In this document: piece by piece, positions 1-12,585 of the stretch
Numbering within the stretch: the stretch's first letter is position 1
How the letters are laid out: every line of letters begins with the position of its first letter
Origin: the human T2T-CHM13v2.0 reference genome, Homo sapiens
DNA: 64,000 bases
Reading direction: 5' to 3' (one strand)
NCBI RefSeq assembly: GCF_009914755.1
Contig: NC_060929.1
Translations under genes and position numbers: made by a program
The notes under the pieces: generated by a model
What the model was told of the DNA's origin: nothing
Databases searched by the model: none
Seen by the model: only the letters and a program-made list of their open reading frames with translations

Positions 1-322
1 CATTGTTAGTCTTAGATGTAGTGAGATGCATCAACATACTAAGAATATAAAGCAAGTAGGTAGAATTACTGTTTTCACTCCAGGATCAGGAAAGGCATCT
101 AAACATCAAACACACTGGGATAAATTGCATATGGCAGTATGTCTCCTGGCTCTGAGCGATGCCCCTTCCTCCTGCTCACACAAACCTCCTTGGCCACAGT
201 TGGTTGGACTGAGTATTGACACGTGACCCATGTTGGGCCAGGTAGATTCTTTTTCCTGCGAACTTGGATTTTCATCAAGAAATACTATGTGTTACTTAAA
301 TGGCAACATATCAACATGGCAT

Positions 323-740
323 ATCAGAATTATTTCAGGTGCAAGTGGCTGACATCCAGTCTAAGTGGCTTAAACAGAAGAGGATTTATTGACTCCATGA
401 CTGAAAAGTCTAAAGGTAAAACTCAGTGGAGGTTTAGATTGATCCAAAGATCTAAAAATTGCAACAGGACTAAGGTTCTTTTTCCATTTCCCGACTGTTT
501 CTTCTGGGTTGGTGCAATCTCAGATTGTGGTGTCAAGAAGGCTACAGAAGCTCCAGTTTACAACTCCCAAGTTTGAGTCCAAGGGGAAGAGCGCATCCTT
601 CATTACCCAAAGTCCTAGCAAGAGTCTCTTTGCATCTCACTGACTCTGATTGAATCACATGTCTATAGCCGAACCACTCCCCATAGGTGGGAAAATGTGA
701 TGCTCTGACGGTCGCTCACCCAGAGCTAGAGGTAAAAGTC
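323..740 (-). mobile_element. Old MaLR LTR remnant (MLT1J/K/L-like)
   Basis: Motifs gtggcttaaacagaagaggatttattgactc and ctctgattgaatcacatgt resemble reverse old MLT1; highly diverged, ends approximate. Confidence 0.5.
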
Positions 741-903
741 AAGGATTTAGAAAAATAGGGAAAGCAAAAGTAAGAGACAATCTCAAGCTACCAAATGTTC
801 ATTACCTCAATGTCTGGAGCTATGAGGCAGCCATGTTCCACCATGCAGACAGAGAAGCAGAGGAAGCACTGGCTAAAACGAGAGAAAAGACTGGCATAGA
901 CAT

Positions 904-1534
904 TATAGGGTCCAAGGGGTAGGTTTCCCTCAGCCCCTTGAAGGTTCACTGAAAAATTAATTCACAAAAGAAAGATGAATAGGAGAAAAGGCATATATAT
1001 TGACTTAATGTGTGTACACGGGAGCCTTGAGAATGAGGCCCCCTTTAGGAGAAGCTGTCCATTTTTATGTTTAGGTACAACAAAGTATGGACAGCCATGT
1101 AGAAATACGATTGGAGAAAAAGGGTGTGACCTAATGCTAATAGACTGAGTGGGAAAACCCAACAAAGCCTATCTGACTAGATTCTTCTTGGCCTCTCTGA
1201 GCACTGTTCCTTCCTTCTGGGGATGGGGCAGGACCTTCTCTGCAATAGGCATCTTATGATCTACAGTCAGACAAGGTAGGTCCGATAATTTTCTTTATGG
1301 CCAGTTTTTATTCAGAACGGGAAAGGGAAAGCTAGCGTAATAATTTTAGGTTTTATGGATAGCTTTCAGGAAAGGAGGCTGTGGTTTCTACGGTTTGCCT
1401 TGGGGAAGAGGGATTCTAGTTTCCATGGCTAGCCTCAGGGGAAATTGAGTCTGAGAGACAGGGTGGTAGGAGGTCAGAGAAAAACTTTGCTTCTGAGGCC
1501 TTCATGTTGGGGTATTGTTTTCTGAGCTCCAAAG
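904..1534 (-). mobile_element. ERV1 solo LTR, MER4-group (MER39/LTR49-like)
   Basis: Right end ttggggtattgttttctgagctcc is the reverse of the gctcagaaaacaatacccc start of these LTRs; possible 4-bp TSD acat/ccat; flanks look like a split LTR16-like element. Confidence 0.65.
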
Positions 1535-1959
1535 CCATGCAGAAGGAACAAGAGACAGAAAACAGAAAGGGCACTTCCCAGGTCCCTGTGGTTTTACAGG
1601 GCATGTTTCCATCTCTTCCTGAGGCTTGATGCAAACCTGTTCTTAGGATCTGTGAGACTCCTCTGTGGCTTGATAGTATGTCCTCTTTTCCTCTCTTTTT
1701 CTTTTGTTCCTCTGAAGGTAACTTGCATTGGTTTCTATTACTCACAGGCAGTGACATTAATCCTAGGAGCCCATCAGAGTCTTTACATAGCTCTGTGACG
1801 GGAAAACAAATGGAGCATATCCCAGGCCTAGGAATTGTCTGTCTTGGAAGGAAAAGTAACAAAACTGTGTGCCAGAATGTGAGAGAGAATGCTGGACATT
1901 TGTTGTTTTTCCCATCAACATCTTCTCCTTGCCCCATGGGGTATCATTGCTCCACAATT

Positions 1960-2423
1960 CTCCAGGGATGCATTGTGGGTAAAACTGACTCCATGTTTAA
2001 GCCAATCAGCACGTTCCATACATCTGCCAGAGTGACTGACTTCCTAATGGTCAGATGATATGAATCCTGCCCATGACAGCTAAGAAGTTTCAGTTCTCAT
2101 GCTTTTGTTGGAACTGTCAGTGAAACATATTCTCCTTTCCTGTTGGTATGAATGTGAAAGGATCATGGGACTGGAATTATGGAAGATAGTTTGTCAACAC
2201 ATGAGTCCTGTGCATGAACTGAACACCAGGAAAGCATAGTTGAGAAATTTAGACAGGAGCTCCAGCCCAGGGAAGTCATTTGAGCCCTGGATCAAGCTGT
2301 ACCTGAAACTGGAGCTCCCTCTGGATTCTTTAGTTTTGTGAGTTAATAAATTCTTTTTTCTTTTCTTAATCTGATTTGAGTTAGAGTTTTGTCACTTGCA
2401 GCAGAAGGAATCATAACTAATAC
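1960..2423 (+). mobile_element. Old MaLR LTR (MLT1J/K/L-like)
   Basis: gagccctggatcaagctgtacctgaa, aataaa signal, and end ...cacttgcagcagaaggaatcataactaataca. Confidence 0.6.
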
Positions 2424-3240
2424 AGTTATGGGAAGTTATGTTTGAGGAAAGGTGTCAGGTAATCTATAAGATGGAGAGGCTGAACTATAAACAGAGCAGG
2501 TCCTAAAACTCCAGTAGGCACGCTTTCTCCTTTTCTTGAAATCATAAAACACTACAATTGACATGGCATATATCACACATTGCCTTGAACTGCAATTACA
2601 GTTCTTGTATGGTAGGTACAAATTTCACAACCATAAAACTCCGGTGTGCAGAAATGTAACTTTCTTTATTGTTTTATAATTGAGCTTAATTTAGCTCACA
2701 AACCCTCATTTCTGCTAATGGTAGGGAACTTAATCTTGCCAATTCCAGGCAATTCTGTCAGTCCTGGTTTAAAGCTCTGTATCTTTCAATTACTTTAGGA
2801 TTCCAAGTTCCTCTACTCCTTTCTTTTTCCCTAAGGTGATCTGTGTTCTAGCAAACATGGCAAGGAGGCAAATGTCTGGTCTGGGAGTTGACCTCGGGCC
2901 AGTGGGCAACAGGCTGTAATTGGTCCAGGAGAGCTGGGCACTCATCCTTGTTGGCTCTGTCCCCACCCAGTTCTTAGCTCAGCTTCTGCAGATTCAGCCA
3001 TGACATTGTCTAGTTCCTAGTTTGGGCTGCCCACATAGTCCCTGGCCTTACATCATGGTCACCTCCCTACCAGGCACACCAGCCCTCAATTCTCAGCTCC
3101 CTTTGGCATTCGAATCCAACGTTTGGGGACTTCTGGGTTTCCACATCCTGCAGGAGTGAGGGTGTTGGGAGGATGGGTCCTCTCGGCATCCTGTCTGCCT
3201 GAATCATCTCTGCTCCCATTTCTGCATTATAGGAACCAAC

Positions 3241-3671
3241 TGTGATGGTTAATTTTATGTGGCAACTTGATTGGGCCAAGGGACGTCCAGATATCTCACC
3301 AAACATTCTTTCTCCACAGTCTGTGAGGGTGTTTCCGGAAGAGATTAGCATCTGAATTGGTGGACTGAGTCAAGCAGATGGCCCTCTCCAATGTGGGTGC
3401 AGGCCACCCAATCTGTTGCAGGCCTGAGTAGAATAAAAAGGTAGAGGAAGGGAGGGTTCTTTCTCTGTGTCTTCTTCTGACTGCTTGAACTGGGACTTTG
3501 ATCTTCCATCCTCAGCACTCGTGGTTCTCAGCCTTCAGACTTGAAATGGAAATCACAGCACCAGCTCTGCGCTTCTCAGGCCTTGACCTATACCATTGAC
3601 TCCTAGGTCTCTAGCTGTAGGTGGCATATAATGGGACTTCTCAGTCTCCACGATTGAATGAGTCAATACTG

Positions 3672-3727
<56 letters not shown>

Positions 3728-3789
3728 GTCAGTCATCTCTGTGTGTGTATATCCCCTATCTGTTTCTCTGGAGGGCCTGCCTAATATAA
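3241..3789 (+). mobile_element. ERVL solo LTR, MLT2 family
   Basis: Starts tgtgatggttaattttatgtggcaacttga (MLT2 5' end); ends ctgtttctctggag...ctaatata. Confidence 0.9.
3675..3726 (+). repeat. (TATC)13 tetranucleotide microsatellite
   Basis: 13 uninterrupted TATC units counted, inside MLT2. Confidence 0.97.
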
Positions 3790-4700
3790 TACACCACCAT
3801 ATGTGGCTCAGGAGGCAGCTTCCTCCTGGATATTCAGGAAAATCAGTTCTGCTCTTGGACCCTCAAGCCCTCAAACCTGCTGGGTGTGATCTCAAGGGAG
3901 GGTGCAGGCCTCCCCCTCCTCTCACCTTGCTTGCTTCCCTCCTGTGAGATCTGCAGCTCCCACCCAGGAGGGCTATTGTCCTCACCATGTGCCGTGGTTT
4001 GTTGAGCTCTTTGCTCTGGGACCCTCCTGGCTGGCTCTTGATGTTTCTTGAAATACAACAAAAGATCTTTTTCCTCTCACCTGTCTGGATTTTATAAATG
4101 AAAATCATGGTCTTTAAGACCATGCCTCCAAGACCAATTAAGACCATGTCTCAATTGCCAGAAATTCACTCCAAAGGTCCAAGTTCCAGAGTTTAAATAC
4201 ATGTACTTGCTTCCTCATTGGGTCAGCTCTTCCCTGCTGCCACAGGCCTCAGACTTGCGGTTTTGCTTTAGTGGAGGAAGCACTGCAGGGCAGAGACAAG
4301 GAAAAGAGTTCCAGAGAAGGAAAGCCACTTGGTACTATTTCACAACAGGATCTGGCTCAGTGAGCCACAGCTACTCCTCCAACCACAGAAGCGCCTCCAG
4401 TCTTGCTCCCCATGTGGGATGGCCATTGCTGTGGGGTTTGCAGGTTGCTTGACACCTTTGTGGAGCCAAACTCCACCAGCGCTACTGAGAAGTGCAGCTA
4501 GTAGAAGGAACTGTCCCTTCCAGCTTAACTATCCTTTTTTTAAGGCCAGTTGGCCCCAGGTGGTCATTGTTCTTTTAGCCTCTGAAAGTTGGCCTCAGTG
4601 TTTTATTTCAGTAGCTTCTTGTCAATAAACCAACACTGAGTTCCCTGCAGTGTTGGCCTAGGCTGTGGTGGCCCCTGTGGGACTCCTAACTCATCCTCAG

Positions 4701-5170
4701 TGCTGTGAGTTGAATGGTCTGCCATAAAGATATGTTGAAATTCTAGCCCCTGGTGGCAGTGAATGTGACCTTGTTTGGAAACGGTCTTTGCAGATGTGAT
4801 TAGTTAAGGATCAAGATGAGATCTTGCTGGATTAGGGTGTTGCCTGAACTTAATGACTGGTGTCCTTATAAAAAAAGGAGAGGACACACAGAGACCCAGA
4901 CTCACAGGGAGAAAGCCACACAATGATGGAGGCAGAGCTGGCAGTGAGGCATCTACCGGCCAAGGGACACCAGGGACTGCTGGGAGCTGCCAGGAGCTGG
5001 AAGAAGCAGGGAGGATCCTTCCCTGGGGACTTTGGAGGAGTGTGGCTCTGCTGACAGTTTGACTTTGGACTTCTGACCTCCAGAACTAACAGAGAATAGG
5101 TTTCTCTTGTTTTAAACAGAAATGTTTGCTTCTTTAGTGCGACTTTGTTCCAGCAGCCCTAGGAAACACT
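4701..5170 (+). mobile_element. MaLR LTR (MLT1C/D-like)
   Basis: gaatgtgaccttgtttggaaa...tttgcagatgtgattagttaagg; ggacttctgacctccagaact; end cagcagccctaggaaac. Confidence 0.9.
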
Positions 5171-5299
5171 CAGGAACCTCAATCATGACCCATTTCTCTG
5201 CACTCAGTCCTAGGTTCAGACACTCTAAAGGCTTGAGACATTGCAGGGATCCAGAGGCTGCTAAATAGAGAGTGGACCCCTCCTAGGTCCCCTTTCCTG

Positions 5300-5535
5300 G
5301 GCTGGTGTCCCCAGCTGTTGTGAGTCTGGGCTGCTGACAGCTCAGACGGCTGTCCTCTTTAAGAAGTTTCCCCTGTGGAACAAGAGCTGCCTCACCCAGG
5401 AGGCTTCATAGCACCCCTAGTGGGGTGGGCAGCCCACAGTCAATGACTGGCTGGCATGGGACAAAGGCTGCTCTCCTTGTGCAAATGGGGTGCAGTTCCT
5501 TGTTCCTGAGCTCTCTGTGGGGTCAGGCTGAGGGT
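5300..5535 (+). mobile_element. LTR16-like ERVL LTR fragment
   Basis: ctgctgacagctca...caatgactggctggcatgggacaaaggc, similar to the element at 7130-7535. Confidence 0.55.
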
Positions 5536-5713
5536 CCTGGCTACCCCCTCCCTTCCAGTGGGTACAGTGCTCCATCCTCTCTGTGCCTCCGAGGCCTGGC
5601 TCAGGTTTGGCCTCTAGCGAAGCTGACCTATCATCATCAGATTGGAACTCCCTGAGGGTAGGGCCTATGTGCTTAGTGGCCCTCTCCTTTGCTGGGTAAG
5701 GTGTGGCCTAAGG

Positions 5714-5850
5714 CAGGGATTCTTAATCTTTAATGTGCATGTGGAGAGCTTATTTAAACGCCTCTTCCTGGGCCTAACTCCAGAAGAGTCTGGTCCCGAG
5801 AACTGGCATTTCTAATCAGCTCCCAGGTGCTGCTGCTGCATTTTGAGACT
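5714..5850. mobile_element. MER5A-like hAT MITE remnant
   Basis: ttcttaatctttaatgtgcat...gcatttctaatcagctcccaggtgctgctg...tttgaga. Confidence 0.65.
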
Positions 5851-6227
5851 TACTGGCCTAAGCTCTGTGGATTAATGGGATCTTGTTGGGTCGGGGCAGG
5901 CCTGGTGACCGAGAGGACAAGCACACCAGAGGTCCACAGACATTTGTTTGCATGTGGGATTTTTGAGGCTGGGCAGAGAATGTAAGGAGTGTGTGTGCAG
6001 GGTTGGGAGTTGGTAGGAGATGAAGAATCTGTTGTGGTGTTTTCAAAGGTGGATTCCTGGGCCCAGTCCCCTGGCCTGTGTCTAAGCTCTTAGGAGTGAA
6101 CAGTTGTGGGTAGAAGCCTAAGGAATTGTTTATCTCGAGATCTTTTTGAGATGGAGGGGTCCCAAAAGCCATTCCATTAGGCAGAAGAGGCAAAGCTTGA
6201 CTAAGAGAAGAAAATTCTCACGTGTGT

Positions 6228-6287
6228 GCCTGCACCTGTCACTGCATGTATGTGTGCGCCTGCACCTGTCACTGCATGTATGTGTGC
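6228..6287 (+). repeat. Perfect 30-bp tandem duplication in a TG/CA-rich tract
   Basis: gcctgcacctgtcactgcatgtatgtgtgc x2 (6228-6257, 6258-6287). Confidence 0.95.
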
Positions 6288-6818
6288 ATATGCAGTCATG
6301 TACATATGTGTGCCTGCATACATGCACCAGAGCACGTGCATGTGTGGCCCCAGGCTTGCTGAGTGCTTTCTGCTTTACTTGGGCAAGGCAGAGCCACCAC
6401 CAGCTGCAGTGGCTTCCCACACAAAAGCTGAGATAGCCCCACCCTGACACACACATGTGAGTCGTCTCTATTTGAATTCTTCCCTCTGTTGTGCAGCAAT
6501 CTATTTTTGTATGAGAGCCCTAGACTCATTTGTGGTTCCCGAAAATTTGGGGTTTGCTGTTTCCAGCCTTCCTCTCCTGCAGCGCAGCCGCTGTGCCTGT
6601 GTTTCATCTCCCTCTGCCTTTGCCCTGCCGATGACACAGAGGGAAGCTTAGAATTCTCCCTGCTTTGTGGTTCTATTCACCTCTGTGATCAGTTGTTTTG
6701 TGGCTATAGTTACTCTACTTTGCAGAAAGGGGATTTGAATTCTTTGGATTCTTTGTTCACAAACAAACCAGGGCCAGAGCCACTGCCTCTTCGCCGCCTG
6801 CAAAGTGCGCTGCGCTGC

Positions 6819-6837
6819 CTGCCAGCAGGGGGCGGGG
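6819..6837 (+). promoter_or_regulatory. Candidate CTCF site
   Basis: ctgCCAGCAGGGGGCGggg matches core CCASYAGRKGGCR, within a locally CpG-retaining patch. Confidence 0.65.
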
Positions 6838-7129
6838 GTCCATCCTCGTTTCTATCAGATTCCCGGACACGCTGCAAGCTCCGGGGTCCGTCCCTGTGTG
6901 TGCCTTCCTCTTTTGTACAAGTTACAAAGGAGGGGCTTAGGTTCAGGGTCGACTTAATCGCATTCCTGTCCCTGGCACATCCCCATTAGCCCTCTGAGAT
7001 GCTGCTACCGCTACCTTTTCTGTAGTTTTGTCCTTCCTTGCAGCCCCCTCTCCATGTCCCCATCCTCCATTGGTACCTACTCGAACATATTCAACAAGTG
7101 TTTGTACCTGCGGGAGATGGGAATGGAGC

Positions 7130-7535
7130 CCCACCTGGACCCCCTTGCCAGGTGGTGAACCTGACACTCTGCAGCCCTGAGCGTTGGCTGCAGACAGCTC
7201 ACAGCTGCGGGGGCTGGGGATGGTGACGGCCGCTCTTGCTGAAGGGAGCTGCCAGGCTGAGACTTTGCACACCGCTGGGTGGGGGGGAGTCCCCAAGCCA
7301 GTGCTTGTCTGATAGAGGGGACAAAAGGCCAGTCCCCTTACCTCAAGGCGAAGTCCAAGCTGGGATGCGTCAGAGCTCCAGGGGATCTTTCTAGACTTTC
7401 TCCAAACCCTTGTTCTCGCTGAGCTGCAGCCTCGCACTATTCTGGGTCCCTCCCTTACCTCCGTTCTCCTGGAAGCTTCCCTTAGCGCATCACACACACC
7501 CAAATCCCATCTCAGACTGTGTCTCTGGGGACTTG
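7130..7535 (+). mobile_element. LTR16A-like ERVL LTR
   Basis: gacagctcacagctgc...acaaaaggccagtccccttacctcaaggcg...aaatcccatctcagactgtgtctctgggga. Confidence 0.7.
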
Positions 7536-7599
7536 CATGAAGATGGGATCTGTGTAGAATGTGTAGACTTGTGTGTGTGCACTTGTGCCCGTGTGTGCT

Positions 7600-8340
7600 T
7601 AACACAGCCCCCCATGGACTGTGGATGCCTACTGGAATGATATCCTGGGCACCCACACTCTTCCCTTAAGCACCGTCTGTCTGGGCTCTATCCCTGGCAC
7701 GATCCATTCATCCAGCCCGCTGCCTCTTCCTACCCATATGTATTCCAGAGGGTGCTACCACATCCTATGCAGCCACTTCTCTAGTGACGACCACTTAGGT
7801 GGCCTCTTCCTCTACATCCTCAATGGGCATCCTTGTGCATGGACCCTTGGACTCATGTCTCAGAATCTCCACATGGCCCCTGGGAGTGGGTCTGAGTGAT
7901 GGGTGTGTGCAAACTTAGCTTCCCAGAGTCCTGCAGATTGCTTCCCAGGGTGCACTCATAGCCCAACAACAGCACACAAGTGTCCAGTTCCCCCACATCC
8001 TCTCCTGCGGCAGGGAGGGGCCTGCCTTCCCCTGTGTGCTGTTCTGATGTTAATTTTTCGTTCTGATATTTTTCTGTTCATTGCTAGTGACTTTTAGCAT
8101 CTCTGCATGTTGGGTGTTGGCACTTCCCCTTTTGCAAACCATCTACTAACTTTTTGTAAAAGATTTATTAATTTTAGATGCTCTGTTTATTCTAGACGTG
8201 AATCCCTCGTTTTATACAATGGAAATATCTTCTCTAAGCAGGCTGTCTCTTTCCTTGTTGTTGGCATCCTCTTTCAGCAGAAATCCTTCAGAGTTGCTGC
8301 CTTATGCTCTCATCGTTGTATGGAGGTTCTGATAAGACAG
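7600..8340 (-). mobile_element. Ancient L1 (L1ME-like) 3' remnant
   Basis: Diverged reverse L1 motifs: cccaacaacagcacacaagtgtccagttcccccacatcctc; ttgctagtgacttttagcatct. Confidence 0.55.
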
Positions 8341-9051
8341 CTCATTTCTATTTCACCTGTCTTTTGCTGCAGTCCTCCAGCCAGGACTCAGGTATGAGTC
8401 CACAGGGGGCTGTGTTAAAGGACACCGAATTACAGAGACCATCTTCACACAAAATCATGCTTCCCTTTCGTCCTGACCCATAAACCCTACTTTTGCTCCC
8501 TGGCCTCTCTTCTGTGAGTGGGAGTGCTTTTTCTAGAGCTTTTCCATTTTTCAGGCAGAGAGACCCCAGATGGGCCATCTCACTAAACCCTGGAGGTGCC
8601 GAGACTCACTTGAGCCGCACAGAAAACACATGTCAGCATGCCACGCGCATCCCCTGCCGTAGTGTAAGCAACAGGAGTCTAATTCCTCCATAGCCTCTCT
8701 GGAGAGGAACTTTTCATCTTTGTGCGTCTCAATAGGTCCCCAGTCATGCATTGCTGCTCTTATAGCGAGCAAACAATATTCCAGAAAATGCCCAGATGCA
8801 TACACAGTGCCGAGTAGCACAAGAAGGAAAGTTTTATTTAGTGGGGTCCTCTGGGGACACCTGGTGGGTTCTCTCTGAGGGTTGGATGCATGGGTAGTTG
8901 ACTCTTTGAGGAAGAGAACTGAGGGGCTGGCCGTGGTTTCCCACATGAATGACTATGAGGGGTCTGCAGACTGGGATCCCAGGGTGGTGGGCACGGACAG
9001 CGGGGCTGGCATTGCTGGCAAGACTGGCTCCCAGCCTGACAATTGCCTAGG

Positions 9052-9269
9052 CCTGGCTTCAGCAAGCTGCTTCTGCAAAGGGCCAGAGAGTAAATATTTT
9101 GGGTTTTGCTGGCCATATGGTCTCTGCTGCAGCTATCCAACTCTGCCAATGTAGTATACAAGCAGGAATGGGCACTGTGTGAATGAATGAACGTGCTGGG
9201 TTTCAATAAAGCTTTATTTACAAAAACAGGCCAGATTTGATCTGTGGGTCACTGTTGGCTAACTGCCAG
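9052..9269 (-). mobile_element. MER58A hAT MITE
   Basis: aaagggccagagagtaaatatttt...ggccatatggtctctg...caataaagctttatttacaaaaacagg. Confidence 0.85.
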
Positions 9270-9669
9270 CCTATGCTGTTGCATGTGCCTTTAGTGGAGC
9301 CGTGAGCTGATATTTTCACAAGGTTCCAAAGTTTCACGGTTGCTTTGGATTGGCTTGAATAAGGCTAAAATCACAAAAACTAAGATGTAGCGGATTTCTG
9401 ATAATGTTTTCACTATACTAATTATATCTGATATATAATGGAGTGCCCAGGGCAAGATTTAAAATGGGGAGTTGTATGGGCAGCTCACCAGGATGAAAGC
9501 AGTTTGTGTTTAAGCTTGCTCTGACCCACGGCCCCAGGGCCGGCTCTACCGCCACCAACTCAAATAAGACTTTTATTACGGGTTAGTCAGAGCACGTAGA
9601 ACAAATCCGCATTATCTTCAGTGCCCTGAATCAACACCAGTGTAAATGAGTTAGAGGAATGTCCTGGAG

Positions 9670-10285
9670 CCGAGGTCAGCGACTTTTGGCCCATAGGTCG
9701 AATGCAGAACACTGCCTGTTTTTGTGAGTAAAGTTGTGTTGGAACACAGCTATTTTAGTCCACTCGTGTGTGCTGCAAGAACAAAATAACGGGGACTAGG
9801 TAATGTATAAAGAATAGAAATGTATTTCTCACCGTTCTGGAGGCTGGGGAGTCCAAGATGAACGTGCCTGCATCTGGTGTCTGGTGATGGACTTCTCGTT
9901 GAGTGTCCCGTGTTGCAAGGTGGAAGGGCAAGAGGAACAAAGGCCGTGTCCTCACCCGGCTCCCCTTGCAGAAGTGTAAGCTGGCCAAATGCTGCCGGAA
10001 GCTTCTTTTATGAGGGTCTTAATCCCACCTAAGGGGGAGGAGCCCCCATAGCCTAATCATCTCTTAAAGGCCTCACCTCTGAATTCCTTCACATTGGCAA
10101 CACCTGAATTTTGGAGGAGACACGTTTGAATCGTAGCAACCGCTGTGGCCAGTCATTTGCACGTTGCCTATGACTGCCCTTGCAGGAGAATCTCAGAGCT
10201 GAGCAATTGCAGCAGAGACTGTAAGGCCCTTGAAACCTAAAATGTTTGCTGCCTGGCCCTCTACAGAAACATTGGATGATCCCTG
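9670..10285 (+). mobile_element. MER58A hAT MITE split by an MST LTR (pieces 9670-9750 and 10139-10285)
   Basis: gcctgtttttgtgagtaaagttgtgttggaacacagc resumes after the LTR as ...cagagactgtaaggccc...ctggccctctacagaaa. Confidence 0.85.
9751..10138 (-). mobile_element. MaLR LTR (MST family)
   Basis: gttctggaggctggggagtccaagatg; ends ...tagca; 5-bp TSD acagc/accgc. Confidence 0.9.
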
Positions 10286-10634
10286 CACTAGAGCCCCAAA
10301 GGGGAAAAGAATTATTAAGATCTGCTGTCTCTCCTTTCTGATAGTGTGGTGTAGATTTAGCTGTGACTGAGAATCTGAAATAACAGTGACTGGTACGGCC
10401 CCTGCTGCACTCAGCACTGTCTGTGGTGAACACCATCTGTGCCTCTCATTTTGCTGCCACCACTGTGGGGCTGCCACAGGCTCTGGTGCTCTGGTTGCCT
10501 GCAACTGTGGGGTGGCGGCTTACCAATGCACTAGGTAGAGAGCCAGGCAGCTATCCTGCCCATCGCTCACATCCACGGCTCCCATCTTTTCTTCCTGTGG
10601 GTGCTGACTTGTGGAGGGAGATGTTTTCCTCAGC

Positions 10635-11012
10635 ATGCATGAATCAGTTAGGATTCAACTCAGCTGTGAATAATGGAAAACCCAAATAACAATGATGTAA
10701 GCAAGATGGAATTTAAAAAAAAAACTCATAGTGGTCTGGAAACTCCACAATTATCAGAGATTCGACTGTTTCTACTTCTCTCTCTCTCTCTTTTTGTATC
10801 CTTAGCATATGTTTTCTCTTCCCAAGTTTGCCTCATGGTAGCAAGATGGTTGCTGAAGATCAGTAGTCACACTTCTATCCCAGGTGGTATTTATTTTCAG
10901 GGCCACAGAAAGGAGGAGGGTACATAAGGGAAGTAGGGCACATCTATAAACAGAGGCAGTTCCATTTAAATAACTTTTCTGGAAGCTCCATCAACAACTT
11001 CTGCTTATATCT
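10635..11012 (-). mobile_element. Old MLT1 (J/K-like) remnant interrupted by MLT1C
   Basis: tcagttaggattcaactcagctg...cctcatggtagcaagatggttgctg...acttctgcttatatct. Confidence 0.5.
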
Positions 11013-11472
11013 TGTTATAGATTAAATTGTGTCTGCCCCACCTGACCTAAAAAAGATATGTTGAGTCCTAAATCCCCAGTATCTCAGAATGTGACCTTAT
11101 TTGGAAATAGGGTCATTGTAGATGTAATTAGTTAAGACGAGGTCATCCTGGTGTCAAGTGGGCTCCTGGTGCAATATGACTGGTGTCCTCGTAAGAAGAT
11201 GGCATGTGAGGACAGAGACACAGAGGAAGAACACCACATGACAAGGGAGGCTGAGATTGGAATGATGCAGCTACAAGCCAAGGGACTCAACGACTGTCTG
11301 CAAACTGCAGAAGGCTAGCAAGTGTCAAGGAAGGATTTCCTCATGGGTTTCACAGGCAGCACAGCCCTGCCATCACCTTGATCTTGGACTTCTAGGCTCC
11401 AGAACTGTGAGACAATACAGTTCAGTTGTTTTAAGTCACTGCATTGTTATGGCAGCCCCAGGAATATATACA
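11013..11472 (+). mobile_element. MaLR LTR (MLT1C-like)
   Basis: tgttatagattaaattgtgtc...cagaatgtgaccttatttggaaataggg...gttatggcagccccagga...taca. Confidence 0.9.
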
Positions 11473-12585
11473 TAACTCAATGGCTGGAGGTACCTGAAAG
11501 GGAGACTGAGAAATGTCATTTTTCTGGCCCATTTTCACTGTAGGGAGGAATTAGAGGACAGTCCTGGGGATGGCAGTGCAGCCTCTGCTACAGATGCTCT
11601 GGAATGAGGCTTCAGTGGAAACTTCTCATCTCTTGAGCGCTTCTCCAAAGCACCTTTCCCCTGAAAAACAGGTGGGGATGGTAGATTTTACTGTGGTGCT
11701 CTTCCATTTGGAAAAGAGTTTAGTTTTTTCTTCTACTAATTTGTGATCTCTAGCTTCATTTCCAGACCTTCCTGATATCCACCCTGTTCCATAAAAGAAA
11801 CATTGCTGACCTCATAATTCTTATGGCTTAAGTTCATGGCCCTCAGATGACTCTTGATGGTGTGGGTGGGAGACAGCTTCTGTCCCTGACTCTGGCAGCC
11901 AGCCTTGGCCACTGTCTTAGCTCCCTGTGGACAAGTCCAGACTACCTGAGGCCATTGACCTTCCTGCTATACCTCTTTTTCTCTTTGAGCATGTAATTCC
12001 TTTAAGGATTAAACCTTAGGAGATTTCCAAAATGTCGCTAAGCTCTGCACTCCTAAGTTGTGAGGACAGCCTCTGTAAGTAGGGCATCTAAGGTCATGGA
12101 GAGGACCTTTTTGCAGTTAATCTTGACTAAAATGGCAAATAGAATGTGATGTCATCAACCTGTTGACATGAAATTAAGGCTTTCTTCTGTTCTTCAGTCC
12201 CATTTTCTCTTTTAGGTGGCTGTCTCTGGTCCTGCATGTCTGATCTCCCGCTAATTCCTGTCCCACCACCTTCTCGTTCCAGTTTGCTGCCCTAGGACCC
12301 TCTTGGTTTCTGATTATTATGGCAAGTCCAAGGAGATGTAGAAATTCAAAGTGTGGTTGTTTGAATGAAGGCAGGAGTTGGATTACCCACATTAGAATGA
12401 GATCTGAGTGATACCTGCAAAGGAAAGTCTGCAGCTCCTAAGCTGTCCCTTCATTGCTCAGATTCATTGGAACATTTATTCTCTTTGATTCAATATGAAA
12501 AAATGATAATTTAGTGCTAACATGATACTCCAAATAACTGGGTACCAACCTGTTAGTTTTATGGAATTCTTCATGAGAGTAACGG

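Noticed and set aside
6943-7656. Longest ORF (237 aa, minus strand)
   Set aside because: Overlaps an LTR16-like element in GC-rich DNA where stops are rare; no recognisable domain
4745-8867. Weaker reverse-strand CTCF-like matches near 4745, 5411 and 8855
   Set aside because: Each breaks the conserved GGC end of the core, and two lie within LTRs
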